From contig NMRA01000235.1 in assembly GCA_002633005.1 (NCBI GenBank), positions 12,625 to 76,624 of the forward strand: a stretch of DNA of 64,000 nucleotides, given 5' to 3'. The notes beneath the pieces were generated by a model. That model was not told where the DNA came from and searched no databases. It worked only from the letters and a program-made list of their open reading frames with translations. The stretch is from Phoronis australis. Its lineage: Eukaryota; Animalia; Phoronida. Numbering within the stretch: the first letter of the stretch is position 1; every line of letters starts with the position of its first letter. Positions 1 to 14,070 of the stretch are shown here, piece by piece. The position numbers and the translations under genes were made by a program.

Positions 1-2860
1 GAAATTGAAATCCTCAGGTAGTCCTCCACTGGATCAGAGTGCATCAGCTCATATTGATTTATTAGCGAATCTGGGAAGACCAGATGTATCAAAAAGAACA
101 GGGGAACCAACACACAGCTCAAACTTCAAAAGGCTTGATGAACTTTCACTGTTTTCTTTTGCAGCTGTCAGGATTCGCTGAAATCGTGGATCCACTTGTG
201 TAAAATTACTATTATCAGCTAGCATGAACTGATTGACTTGTCATTGCCACAACCTTGTCTTTCTTTCTGAATGTGAAGTCTTTCACACTTGACCCGTCCA
301 TAGACAAGTGAACCGCCTTCCTCACTTCTCTGGCATTTTCGGCACTGACGCATGCGCCTGCAGTCACACCAATGGCGATGTTCTGTAATGTTTCTCTTTA
401 AAATGGGTTACTATTGTGGAGGAATTCAACAATGTTGCGGATGTCTTTGTCGTCACGCGACTGTGTTGCCTGGGTACATTCTTTATGCTGCTGACTTGTT
501 TCACAACTCAAGTTTGTCACAGTCTGCATGGCACCATTTATACTTGAGCATGCCGGCAAGGAAAGCAGCCACGGTGCACTCTGTGTATCTCCCATTTCAC
601 AACCTCTAGTTAAACCTCCTGTTGCTTCAATACTTTTCATGAGCATTTGTTCAATTACAAGATCATATCACAATATGACAAGCCTGCCCAGAATCTGTCA
701 CTTTGTCTTATGGTTTGTTGGCCGTAGACGTCTTTGAGTTGCTACGTCTGCTTCAGTCAAGTATATGTATGAAGATTTTGCATAAGAGTTGTGACCAGCA
801 GCTGCAAAGTAAGGCAGCATTTCAGAAACTGCTTTTAGGTGAATCTCCTAATCAGACGTGATTTCTGCTTTTAAAAAAGTCGAAGGATGTCAATCATCTT
901 CATATATTGTAGTCAAAGACTAATGATTCGACTTTGCATGGACAAGTCTGATTTATGTGCTTTGATTTTTTATGGACACCCACAAGACACTCCGTCAAGC
1001 ATACATCGTCGCACACAGACGTCATGCCAGCAATAAGATCATCATACTGCTTCAGACCAGCTCTCAGAATATCATTGGACCTTGAATCTTCTGACGAACT
1101 ATTCTCTGTCACTGTGAATTCTGAACACCTATACTCTGATTCAGTCGTGTTTGAATATACCAGTGGCAGTAGGTCGGAAACCAGAAGTGAACTCTCGTGA
1201 GGGCATTCCATTGTAATCCAAGGTTCAGAATCGGAAGACACTGGCTGGGCATGGCATGCCCCAGAGTATACATCTAGTTATGTGATCAGTTGGGATGTCT
1301 GAGATGTCTGAAGAATCTGTCTCCGTCTTCTGACAGCCAAAATTTGTATACAAGCATTGAACTGCTCTTGGCATGTAATCTGTGTATTCTGTGTTGGTGA
1401 CATTCCGGACTCCTGGAATTTCTGAAGAACCTGAATTTCTTTCTTCATTGGTTTTGGATTGGTGTTACTTGATCTGTCAATATTTGGAAGTTGGATGTTG
1501 AATGTTCTGGCTTTTATGATAGCATTCAGTGCTGAGTCTACCAACATATGCCCCCTTATTGCTCTATCAACACTTTTTCCATTTAACATGAGGATCACAC
1601 TGTTTGATGCATACACCGTCTCAAGAACTCCTTGAAGCCATGTGCTTGACATTACGTATCCAATACATTCCAGAATGCTCATCTCATGAAATCTTCCAAG
1701 CCTGGCTAAGAACAAGTGACTGCAGATCACTGTCGTTTTGTTTGCAGGCACTAATTTGCTCTAAAATCAGTTACCTATGTTTATAAAAAGCATGCATATT
1801 AAACAAATTGTGGGTCCTAACTATTAAAATTTAATTAATAACTTTTTGTTACACAATCCTATTTGCTTTTCATCAAATTCAGGTGAAATCAGCAGCCAAA
1901 TTCTCAATACATGCCAGCAGCAGACGAAATCGATGCTTGGGAACAACTAATAACATCTCCAACAACAGAGAAAAAAGCCACTTCCTGCCCAATTTTATTA
2001 AGGGTTTGTATAATGAATAAGCCAATAACTCCACCAGAATAACACATTTTTCTAAAAAATATTATTTTTGATACCTCAAATGAATATATTTTACAGAAAA
2101 ACATATGAGTTTGTAAAATCTATTATGAAAATTTAACTAAAGCCTTTTCTGAAAAACACACCGACTTTTATGTTATATAATCTAAAATGTGATTAAAATT
2201 CCACATTTAGTATATAAATCTTAAAAACAAATTATAGAAACAATCAACTCATTAACCCTGACTGTAGATTGTAAAATGTTTTTGTGTAAATGCGTATCAG
2301 GTTACAAACAAAGTTTGCAGAACGTAAATGCGGTAAATTGGGGTTTGTGATTTGGCAGCCATTTTGGCGGCCATTTTGTCAGCCATCTTGATTTTTTTCT
2401 CGCAAACCAGTGACCAATTGTAAGGTCCAGACATTTTCAATTGTCTAACTTACAAAAGAATAAAACTTTTGCCATTTTCAGGGCAAAATATAAGAAGAAA
2501 TCTTGCAACATGTACCAAATTGCCGTTTCGGCCGCCATTTTGTCGGCCATATTGGTTTGATTTTACGGAAAATTGCCATCTTTTGATTGGTATGCCTGTT
2601 ATGAAAAGTATATAATCAATGACAAACTTTATTGTTTTATTTTTAGCTGTTACATAAGAGTAATATGCCAGAAAACAGTAAACACCGGTTTTGTCGGCCA
2701 TTTTTTCGCCATCTTGAAAAACCGACTTCCGCCACTCCGATTTCGGTAGATTTTTTTTTTACACTAAGGGATGTTTGAAGATGCCATTTATGCAAAAAAA
2801 AACCTTCTGTTGCAATTTTTTCTAGGTTGGGCCCTCTGGAGCCCTAGAATGACTGGACTA
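1..2860 (-). mobile_element. Academ-type DNA transposon, degenerate; left part truncated by the window edge
   Basis: Minus-strand translations match Academ transposase motifs: RLGRFH..MSILECIGYVMS..LQGVLETVYASNSVILMLNGKSVDRAIRGHMLVDSAL (ORF 1278-1751) and FLKAEITSD*EIHLKAVSEMLPYFAAAGHNSYAKSSYIYL (~760-880). The terminus reads TAGTCCAGTCATTC on the minus strand at 2860, a TAG end typical of Academ. The flank tatgtgaaac continues uninterrupted in the paralogous copy at 37520. Confidence 0.8.
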
Positions 2861-3229
2861 TATGTGAAACTTGCGACGACGAATTCCGAATCATCTTGTC
2901 TGAATACGTTTAGCGTGTATTTGTTTCTCCTGTTCGTCATTCATGCAATTCATGCTTGGGAATATTTTACCTACCAATACCCCCCAGGATATCCATATTT
3001 ATCCTCTAAATTATACTTCAATACATCTGAGTGTCAGGTCTCATCAAAACAGCATTTTAATCTAATATTGTTTTTTGTTACTAAAAGGATTTCGAGAGCA
3101 GATTGGGTATCCATCCCGGGTTCTGTCGTTACAAATCACATAAAATTTGCCGCGCATAACAAAACTGGATTGGTTACCCCTAGCAACAAACATATGTTTA
3201 TGTAAATGCTCACGTGGCACGAATGAATG

Positions 3230-3420
3230 CATCATCCAGATAGTACGGAAGCCGCCACACTCCATATTCCATCCATTCTTGGACAAGAGCGCTTTGGGAG
3301 AGACTCCAAAGTCGTTTCCGCAATAGCATTTATAGAATGCCACGCCCACCAGTTTCTAGAGCATGTGAAAGATCTTAAACATTATAAAGTTTCCCGATAG
3401 TAATCCCCAGGGACGATATT
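3230..3420 (-). pseudogene. Degenerate WSC-like domain relic
   Basis: The minus strand gives ..ITIGKLYNV* and, after a frameshift, LVGVAFYKCYCGNDFGVSPKALLSKNGWNMECGGFRTIW. The CxCGN...CGG spacing resembles a WSC domain. Stops and frameshifts are present. Confidence 0.5.
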
Positions 3421-4099
3421 CGTAATCCGACAAAGCTTAGTTTCCAGATTTTTCCATTTAAGCGCTTGCTTCTATTAGGGAAATGGTACAGGTATATATA
3501 TATAAACGAAAAATATTGGTGAACACCTTGCTGAATCGGTGAAGGTGAGGGAACCTTGGTTAAGAGATCTGACTTTAGCAACCAAATCGGCCATCGCTAT
3601 CCCCAATGAATTAGCACCGGTATACACGACAAGGTCAGTTAAGACTAGGTGCTGCAATAGAGGCTGGTTGGACACAAAAATGTCTTAACTGGCTAGCTAC
3701 TTAGTAGTAACGATATGTTTGTTGTTAAGCTTCTGCGACACGGATTTGTGATTGGTTTGAAGAGCCAAATACTAAGTCCTTGATTGGAGACAGCTAGAAT
3801 TTGGGCAAATGTTTTGATTCAAATATAATATAATGGGCTGTGTTAATTAGTGTCAGCAAGTGAATTATTGAACACTAGCCTCAATTCACTTTCGTCTCTC
3901 TTAGTTGGGCACAAACTACAACAGTGAGTAGCTTCAGCAGTCGTTTCTTAAGATTGCCTGCTGTCCAAGTAACTTCATGTACACCAGCTTTCTAAAAACA
4001 GCTTCAAAGTTTTGCTTTAGTCTTGAAAGGCAAATGACATCTCCATGTGTTAGAAGCTTTGATTCAATGAACTCAAAACAAATCTGTAGAAAAACAAGG

Positions 4100-4950
4100 A
4101 TTGTTCGGAAACACCCTCGACCCCGTCGACCCCCACACCCCTCGACCCCTTCGACCCACAACCCCCAAGACCCTCGACCCACCACCCAGAACTCCGTCGA
4201 CCCAGTCTACAGAAGGTCGACTCGGCTTGAAAATAGAGCAAGCGCTGACTTGCAGAACCAATGAGTTAGGCCGTGAGCTCTGCGGCTTTTCCCTTTTTCG
4301 CAATTAGGGGAGTCGATTCGGCAAGTTTGAAAGTCAAAAACAGGAAAAAAAAACAACGCGACCAACTCAAATCAATTCAAAACCTTACCAACCTTACAAA
4401 TATCGTTCTCGGCAGAGTGTAATCGTCTCGTCTGCAGAGTGCGAGAAACCGACAAAGCTGTAATTTTACCAGTCAATCAAGTTTGAATAAACAAAATTTT
4501 AACCAAAAGTATTTCGATGTCACATATGGAGTATATTGTAAATGAGTTTAAAATAACAAGAAAATAATAAAGATATAAAATTATGTATAATCACGTTAAG
4601 GTACTGTCTCCCTAAGTTTATTAGAACTGTGCCGTTGATAGCCGCTCGTAGTAAAGTGTTGCGCGTTATGTTCACTTTCGCGACATAGGGATGACCACAG
4701 TGCGCTCACAATGCGCTATTCAAGACCACCAGTGTTCTTACGCCATTCTGTTTTCAGTCACCAGACTTCAGCAAGAGCAGATTTGCGTGTACATGTAGGT
4801 AATAAGATTGTGCAATATGTAAAAAGTGCGGAGATACCTCTATTGCCACAGGTCGTGGGTCGAGGGGGTCGTAGGTTATGGATCGTGGGGGTTGTGGGTG
4901 GAGGAGGTCGAGGGGTATGGGGGTCGAGGGGGCTTCAGTACAGTCCGAAA
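4100..4950. mobile_element. Non-autonomous element (MITE-like) with inverted subterminal CTCGACCCC arrays
   Basis: The left end carries repeated ccctcgacccc motifs (4113-4205) and the right end carries the complementary ggggtcgagg motifs (4850-4932). Related sequence lies at ~10650-11460 and 35638-35770. Confidence 0.5.
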
Positions 4951-6999
4951 AACATCTCTGCAAACTGTGGATTCGTCACTCTTCACAATATTTGCCTTTC
5001 GATTTTTTATAGCATGATTCTCTGTGGCTGAAAGACTACTGCGATTCTCAAACGTCTTTGTAGTTTCGTTTCTATTGATGCTGTTGCGACTAGGGTATTA
5101 TTCTCTATACAAGGCGTGGCTGACCATGTCGGTGTTATTGTTGAAACTGGTATGCTATTTACATCGGTGCTGCAGTTCCCGAAGCCGCTGATGCACTACA
5201 CATAGACCATGGGCGGCGCAGCACGGAAAGAAGTGGGGGCGCTATAGCCCCCAGCTCACCATGGTGCTCCGTCCACGTGCATCTGAAGGTTCGCAACTGT
5301 TGTGGATTCAATGCTTTAGCCCCGAAAGACGTTTATTCGGGATTTTATGGATATCAAATCCAGACGTGGGCATTATTTTCCCAGACACGCATTTTATGTA
5401 ATCCCAACAAACGCTGACATTTACTGCAGCTGAAACCAGGTATAAAAATGCCCGTACCTTGAAATCGTTTCCACACCTGTGTCTACATGCCCAATGGGGT
5501 TCTTTCCACGTTTGCGAAGTCATCCATTCCGAGTCGATTTTGTCACTCCTGTAACACCCAGGAATTATTCTTGGATGTACCCAATATTCTTGTTTCCCTG
5601 CAGGATATGACAGATGGTTAGTGATATCTTGGTTCATTTTGCTTGTTGGTGCCGTGTATTTTAGTCGTTTTTTCCATCGAAACGTGTCAATTATCTTGTT
5701 GAAACACAATTTACCAAATATTTTCCAGCTTCAATGGCTTTGTTATCAACTGTTTTCTTGGTGAAATGAAATTTCTCCAAGGGTGCTGCTTTTTGCCGTT
5801 TTTTGTAGAATTTATATCTCATCTTCATAAAACAACAAGTGTTTTGCTAATGGGTTGGAAAGTCTTCTTTTTGGTTGAACTTGAGTGCAAAATGGCGATT
5901 CGGCTGCCATTTTCCATTCTTTAGTTTGCCGAGCCATAGCTTCGCTGTCTCTGTTTTGAATCATGGTATGTGAATAAACATTTTTCACTGCCATGGGGAT
6001 TAATCAATGTTGGCACCATATCTGTAGTGTCTCGTCGCGGACTTTTCTGACGTTTGGCACATAAATAGATAATTTGCGATGCCAACTGCACTGCTCCGAT
6101 CGTTTCTTAATAACACTACACATTCTCAACATGGATCTTATGATCTCCCCAGGAGTTTTAGGTTTTCGGTTGAAATCGGACGCCCAGTGGATTTTTGTCT
6201 ACAAGTGTTTCGTTTGTTGAGCTGTGGATCTGGTATCTCCGGATGGATTTATCTTACGTTTTAGCTATCAAGAGCACTTGAAGAGCTATCTAAAGTGAGG
6301 TATCTGTCATAAAGTCACGCCCTATATGCGTATTTACTTCTGTTTCTCGCTCCATTACTTACAGAGTTGTTCGTGTGATGGCTGTCCTTTTTGACTAATT
6401 CCTCTTTGCATTTTTTTGGTCCACAAACAAGTAAGTTGCGCTACAGGTGGCATTATTGGGAATAATAATTTAATACACCTGTAACATGGTATTGCTCGTG
6501 AGAAACGCTTAGCTTTTCATACTGAAACCTTGAAGTTCATTAGCGAAATTTTTACACCATTAGACATCGTCTAGTGCTACAAAAAGTTCCAAAGATGGTT
6601 TTGGCTCCCAATTTCCGTACATAATTATTAATTACTAGGCGGCAACACGGAAGCCTTCTTTATACATGTACTTTAACGCGCACTACTTTTGATGAGCTTT
6701 ACAGGCTTTCTACCATTATTTCATTCATTTTTTATCTTTAGGTGTGCACGTTGGTGTGGAATTTGAGTGTGACCATTGAAATCGACACTTTCCTTCTGCG
6801 GACTTGGAAGCCTGTTTAACGATGGGTTCACCGCAGGGGGGCGACACGCTATCTGTCACCCATCCAGTCACCATTGTGTGACACAAGTATTGGGTTTCTC
6901 TTTTTAAAGAAAATTTGTTAATCTATTTTGGACTGAAAAAGGTTGAAAAAAATAAAGGGGTGAATTTTAAATCTTAGATACATCACGTGATCAGTAGGA

Positions 7000-7560
7000 A
7001 GACCGAATGAGGGAGTTATGGATGCCAGCTGCGCTGCATTTAAAGTTTTCGTTATAATCTTCAGCTCTTTGACTGTCCAGCAGTCGGCTATATTGATAGC
7101 CGTTTTGTTCGTGTGGTCCTCAGATACACTCTCTTATATTCCTTTGCGTATTGCACTGAAATCATTGCCACGATCCAGGTGTGCGTTGTTGTCTGGTGTA
7201 CCACGGAAGTACTGTCTGTGCGTTTCTGTCGTCGTTAGAGGTGTCGTCATTATCATTATCATTGTCATCTTCGGCGATGCAGCGTCGTTGTCACGGTGGT
7301 GGCGAAGCAGTTGTCATTGGCAGTCTTGTCTCTCTGTAGTCGTTTAGGTGTCTGTACATTTAAGTGCTCATGAAATCGTCGCTGAAGTTGTCAATGACAT
7401 CGTCAGCGGCGAGTTAGCGTTTGTTGTTGTTGTAGTGAATACACTGGCGTCATATTCTTTTGGTGTTTTGGTTTCGCCGTGGCCCTCAATGATACGGTTT
7501 TCATCGGAGTTCACTGTTAAGACCACTTTCATCACTTGAAAATAGTCAAATTTGTTGCTT
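7000..7560 (-). pseudogene. Thr/Ser-rich, mucin-like coding relic
   Basis: The minus strand reads ..KMTMIMMTTPLTTTETHRQYFRG.. with ACN-rich codons and is interrupted by stops. No domain match was recognised. Confidence 0.3.
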
Positions 7561-8123
7561 TGTCATTGAATTAGTTTTTTCTTTCTTCTTTTGCACGCTA
7601 CAGGTCGCGTATATTATCCAATCGCCGTGGAATTTACAAATATACTTTGTCTTTTAAGTCTACTCTTGGTTTGCACTGGACGCCAGATGACGTTGAGACG
7701 ACCATTTCCCATGCTTGTGGTGGTGGGGAACCGCCGCTGTCCCTTGGAGTGATTCCTCTCGTGTGGATGGATAATTGGACAATCAGTCTTCAATGTGTCA
7801 CATATTTATGGACACTTACCGTTATAGGGTTTGTTGAGATTTTCCAATGTGTGATGGTGAATCGATTGAACCTGCGTAGCGTAACTCCAGTGTCTCTTGA
7901 ACATTTTGGACCCGATTAACCCATCTTGCGATATTCTAGATATCGTTGTCAAATTACTCATATCATGGAGTAGTCCTCATTGCTTATTGGTGCTGGGTTA
8001 CAGTTGGCAGTTTTCATTTGATTGACATGAATTTTAGATACATGGTGTAGGTTATCAATAGCACGAGGTTAATTTCTAAGTTTATGTTCTACACGCAGTA
8101 ATGCACATTGAGGGCCACTGTAN

Positions 8124-8270
8124 GCTTGCCTCCTAAAACGTCACTTCCGGAATAGCGGACGAGTAATTAATAAAATTACGAAAAGCTGTAATTAAGTGGA
8201 AAATATGTCTAGGATAACCAACCAACCTTATTTTAGCTCAAAATGACATGGAAAAAGGTTGCCTTCGCCT
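8124..8270 (-). mobile_element. Terminal fragment of a TTAA-targeting THAP/Kolobok-like element, just after the N gap
   Basis: Closely similar to 50163-50308 and ends at TTAA 8271-8274. The same flank has an empty TTAA at 7916-7919 and at 44598-44601. Confidence 0.7.
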
Positions 8271-11200
8271 TTAACCCATCTTACGATATTCTAGATATCG
8301 TTGTCAAATTACTCACATCATGGAGTAGTCCTCATTGCTTATTGGTGCTGGGTTACAGTTGGCAGTTTTCATTTGATTGACATGAATTTTAGATACATGG
8401 TGTAGGTTATCAATAGCACGAGGTTAATTTCTAAGTTTATGTTCTACACGCAGTAATGCACATTGAGGGCCACTGTACATGTTTCTTTTGTTTTCGTTTT
8501 GCAGACCTTTAGCTTGATATCCCCAGGGTGATTTGTTATTTTTTCCATGTCGATATATATTTTGAAGATCTTTTTGCATCATTTATTTCCTTAAGCTGTG
8601 AAATAATCTCCACAACGCATGCGCTTACAATGAATATCCGCCATATTTGCTATGCGCTTTTGAGACTATACTAACCCCAGTCTACATGCAACTTGCATTT
8701 TTTATCATTGTTATTTAAGCATAGCTTACTAAATTACCATAATTTGCCTACGTCTTAAACCTTCTTAGTTGAGTCTTATTAAGGTCGATATTTTGAGCAT
8801 AATTCTCGTTAAAGAACGTTTGGGTAAACGACGTTTGCTGTGAGTCTCAGATTATCAGTTTTATACCGTTAATGACGGTAACAGTATGATAATATGATGT
8901 TTAGGGTTGCCCTCCAAGAACAGAAAAATCTAGACAATTTACGTCAATGAAATTGTAACCAGTTACAAAGTTATCAACATATAAACCAAATGGCGAAAGC
9001 AAATGAACACTTGCATGACAGTTGAAGATTGATCAGAATTACTGTACACCAAGTAGCGCGAAGGACTGTGTGCAAGAACATCGCTGTAGATGGAACGACT
9101 CCGGGACCACGTGGACTGGAAACAAAGTTCGGTCTCACAATTAGTTGTGTAGGTTCATTCAAGCACCTGACCTGCTTGAAATATTTCGATATCACCTGGC
9201 ACTTGCGACTAGATAAACAGGGAGCTCAGACTAATGTCTAGGAAATCTCAGTTTGCATTTTGAAATAGACCATCGAATGAACATTTGATATGTTGTAAGT
9301 GGCTTTTTATTTAACGCGACTGAGAACTTTGACACGACCTCGGTTATTTATCCATCTCACCACTCTCAAAGATGTGAATTTTGCTGAAAGACTCAGAGTA
9401 ATTTAGTATAAACTCTAGAGGAGAGCAGGCTTATTTGTAACGAAAGATATCTACAACACTTTTCATATCTCAGAAGCTATTGCGGTCTAAAATTTTATGC
9501 CTTTATCACATCGTGCCCGCTGACTTACCAGTCTCCGCAAAAAGGTGGATCATGCAGTAGTAAGTGTTTGTTAAGTCAGACGAATCACTAAGAAACATTT
9601 CAGTGGTAACGACTTGCTTTTCCATGATTCCAATATATGCTTTTAACTTCCAAATTAGGAGAAAATGTTGATACTGCTCAAGTAATTCAAATCTTCAACA
9701 TTCTCTGCACATACCTTCCATCCAAGAATGGATGTAACACATTCTAAATAGTGGGACAAGATGCAATCGATTAGTTGGGGGAAGCTGTAACGTGTTTCAA
9801 AGTGTACCAGTGTAAATTCCCTCCAGTGCATGGTCTGCTGAGAATGGTATCACGAAGCAAACATTTAACTATGCTTAACCGGAGTTACCCGACGAAAGGA
9901 CGCCTCATTTTTTCCGTGTGCACTAATAAATACACATTTCCGGTATGTCGCCTGTAACAGTCTTACCTACAACCCGGGCTGAAGGTTGACGTAGAACGAG
10001 TATCAAAAAGGCTTCACAAATATTGTTGTGTCCAGGCTCTGATCTCGTAATTCGATTTACAGGACAATTTTGAAATGATAAAATCTCGGCTCGTGGCACC
10101 GTTGCTGTTGAAATATATATCGCCAGGTTTTGAAATTCAGAAGGTCTATGAGTTTTAAGTAAGTCAACTCCTCTTGAAACATCAATCATTTTTGTTAGCA
10201 AATTGTGGCGCACACAACTAAGGACAATGCAGTGTCTTATGAACCGAAGTTCATTTTAATCCAATCGCTTTTTCATATACCACAAGTTATTTTGTTCTCG
10301 GATAGACGTGCGTGGTGTCCAGTTTCAAGAAACATCGCGCGCTGAGCACCTAAATCGTGCAAGTAGCTTTCTCAGCTAGGATTTTAAACAGTGCTTGTAA
10401 TCTTTACACTACTTTTCCGTTTTCTAATACAATAAAGCTGTGGTGCCAAATTTGAACTTCATGGTCACTTTTGCTACAGGCTATTCCCATCAGTTATTAC
10501 AGGTTTTGAGACCGATATTGTTACCATTATTCCGTAGAGAAAATGGTAATAAAATCGCTGGACACCTGTCAGACTAACTACAAGTGCACACTGTGCTATT
10601 TTCAAATATGTGTTGAGTTTCCAATTTATCGACTCTTGCCGTTTCCAAGGATTGTTCTCAAAGTCCGTGGATCCGTTGTGCCCTCACACCCCACTAAACC
10701 CTCGACTCAAGGCCGACAATCCTCTTGACCCAGTCTACACAAGCTCGTCTGGATGTGAAAAAACGCTGACGTATAGGACCAACGAGTTGGAGCGTAAGCT
10801 GGGCTGGTTTTTCCAGTTTGTTTTTGCAATTAAGATAGTTGAATCGGCAAGTTGTAAAGCAATAAATAAAATCAAAGACATACCAACGTTACAAATGTCG
10901 TTCCTGGCGAAATATAATCACCTCGTCTGCTCTTCAGTGAATGGCAGATTCAAGCTTTTTAGGGAGCCAAATGCGAGGAAGCAACGAATATTTAATTTCT
11001 TCAGTTTGAAAGAACAAATTGTTAACTAAAGAGTTGTCTCGACATTACATGGAGTATGTTGTAAACGTGTATAGAGCAGGAAGGAAACAATAAAAATGTA
11101 AAATTATGCACATTCACCTTAATAACGTACTCTCCCCCTAAGTTATGGAATGTGTCCATTGGTAGCTGCCCGTGGAAATATTTCCTAGACAACGACAGCG

Positions 11201-12117
11201 TGTTCACAATTCGTTTTTTCAGATCATGTTCTTACGTCACTTTCCGCCAACCACCAGACTTTACCCAGAGCAGATTCGCGTGTACATGTAGTAAGTCTCG
11301 TGAGAAAGTCCTTCAGCGACATGATATGATTATAGAAGGTATAAAAGCGCAAAAATGCATCTAATGTAACAGGTCGTGTATTCAATGAATCGTGGTTCGT
11401 GTCTGCTGGGTATTGTAGGTCGGGTGGGGGGGGGGGGGCAATTGTGTACTAGAACAATCCTGTTTTCGACGATATCGTGTCAAATAATAATGAAGTCCTA
11501 CATTTGAAGCATAGAATCACTCTGTGAATGCAAAAACTCACGCCTAAGAAGCCCCGGTTGTCGGTGGTCGATAGACTGAACAGGCAGGAAACTTTTGCTG
11601 CGGTAAAAGACATGATTTTTATCACGGTTGCCGAATTCTGACACTTCAGATTAAGAGAATTTAAACTGACCACTTCGCCAAGTGAAGCCCAAATCTTATT
11701 TGTATTTTAAAAAACAAGAAGCTCAGTAAGACTGACAATATTTACATGAATGAAAGTAGAAACAACGATGGTAGAAAGTGGAATTATTAAAATTCCGATA
11801 ACTGTTGAGTGGGGGTACTCTACGTTCAGTCGATTCCAGGACAGATGTAACCCAGCGTAACAGGTACAGAGTATTTGGGGTACGCGAGGTTTATTGGACG
11901 TGACCCGGATTCATTTTTACGGCAGTTATTCCCCGAAATGGTACCTTTAGTGAGTTATTTTCTCAAAAAGCGTTTTCTTCGGTAAAATGTTTTTTTTCTG
12001 GAACACCGCTTTCGCAAAGCGTGAAAGTTTCACAGAATCAATCTGCAAATGAGTCCCCATTTTTCAATCCACTATGTTGAAAATGAGTGGGTATGCACTG
12101 TTTTTCTTTCAGAAGGT

Positions 12118-13050
12118 TGCGCACACGTCACAACAAATTATCTGAGCTGGTTTCACTTCATTATAAGTTTTAGATTTTTGATACTGCAAAACTGAATTTC
12201 AGGAGAAAATTTGCTGCTGCTAAGATATGAACATCTCCCTAGAGAAGTCGCAAAACATTAGGAAATGGCGCGTGCGCGTGACACGAGCGTACTGTTTTCA
12301 AAACTATGACATACTTTTCATTGTTTGAAAAGGCGGAGAGTTACCCAAGAATATGACGTTAATTACATTGTTTTTCACTTAAACGGCTGTAACGCGCAAG
12401 GTGAGTGTCGGTTGATTCCCAGATTTTGCATGCACCCCGTCCGGTCTTTAGCTTTACATGTTGATATAAGTATCATGGCGAGGTGACGAGCAGAGCTACC
12501 CTGGCTGCGTGCAATTTCGGAGTCTGCGGAAGAAATACACGCAGTGGTACCTAGCTTAGCCAGCAAGCTAGCCAGCCAGCTAGCTGTATGAAGACTGTCG
12601 TCAAAATACAGCTAGGTCCCACTGCGTGTATTTCTTCCGTAGACCCCGAAATTGCACATAGCCAGGGTAGTTCTGCTCGTCACCGCGCCGTGAAACTTGC
12701 ATCAACATGTAAAGCTAAAGACCGGACGGTGTGCATGCAAAATCTGGGAGCCAACCGACACTCACCTTGCCCGTCACAGCCGTTTAAGTGAAAAACAATG
12801 CAATAAACGTCATGTTCTTGCGTAACTCTCCGCCTTTTCTAACAATGAAAAGTATTTCGTCGTTTTGAAAACAGTACGCTCGTGTCACGCGCACGCGCCA
12901 TTTCCTAAATTTTTGCGACATCTCCCGGGAGATGATATCTTGGCAGCAGCAAAATTACTTTTGAAACTCGGTTTTTCGGTATCAAAATTCTAAAATCATA
13001 TAATGAAGTGAAACCAGTTTCGATATTTTTTGTGACGTGTACGCAACTTC
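12118..13050. repeat. Long imperfect inverted repeat (~440-bp arms)
   Basis: 12118-12555 is the reverse complement of ~12610-13050. ORFs 12375-12566(-) and 12588-12791(+) encode near-identical peptides (GxTACISSxDxEIAxSQGSSARH...CKAKDRT..MQNLG.NRHSPC). Confidence 0.85.
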
Positions 13051-14070
13051 TTTAACGAAGAACAATTGATTGAAGAATCCGCGAAATAAGAAACTGGCCA
13101 ATGCATGTAGGTGACGCAATATTTCATGGCGCCGAAAGCCGTCGCTAAATATCGCTCCACAAAAATAACAGTAGAACGCCATTTTTTTCGAACAACGTTA
13201 GATAATTTAGTTTTCTCAAGGAAGACAGTAGTTTTTAATGACACTAATTTTGCGTCAGATTTTATCTTACCACTTTTTTACCGGCATCGGTTCAAAGATG
13301 TATATTTAGTATACATCTTTGTACAAAGGCTGTACCTGGCTATACTTTGACGACAGTCTGCAAACAGCTACTTGGCTGGCAGCTATTCCTCATCCGCAAA
13401 CCCCGTTAAAAGCGTCTTTAAGTGGAGGTACTTTACAAATTGTCGTATAATTAGTCGAGAACCCATAATCACTGGCATAGCCACAAGTAATTTGATCAGA
13501 GTCATATTCAAGACTAAATTCTGCACTTTTGAGATAGAGACTTCGAACCCTGTGAAGGCTTGGACTACTGATTAAGGTGGAGTCTACTCTCGGTTGGCGA
13601 ACTAATACTCAGACAAGTTTAAAATTGCCTATATTGATACAAACGTATGTTACTGGAATTGTTCTAAGATATTTGCCAGCAGACGTCAAAATTGCGACCG
13701 CGTGAATACATTTACATTCATAAATATTACGGCAAAGAAACTGCGCGGAAATTTAGCCCTTCGAAAGAACTTATTCCCTCAGATTCGAATTTGTACCACT
13801 GGCCTTGTCACTCTGATATTTACATTGTGAACTCGTAGCTCATAGGAGCTGGCTGACTATTGGCTAACGAGATGACAGGTGACTTTAATGACGTTGTTTG
13901 AGAAAGCTAAGATGAGGCGAGAGACCGTTTGATGTTACCATTATAAAAACGGGTCAAAGGATTTCGACTTTGTTATAACCGCTTAGACCTTTTTCGTTTC
14001 CCTATCTCATAGTGTAGAATATATATAGGTAAATAAAACAAGAATGGATCAACTGAAATTTTCGGATGTA

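Noticed and set aside
8974-9241. ORFs identical in both paralogs (also 45410-45677) as a conserved small gene
   Set aside because: ORFs on both strands are equally preserved because the DNA is nearly identical there. They start at non-ATG codons and have no recognisable motif, so this is insufficient evidence of coding selection.
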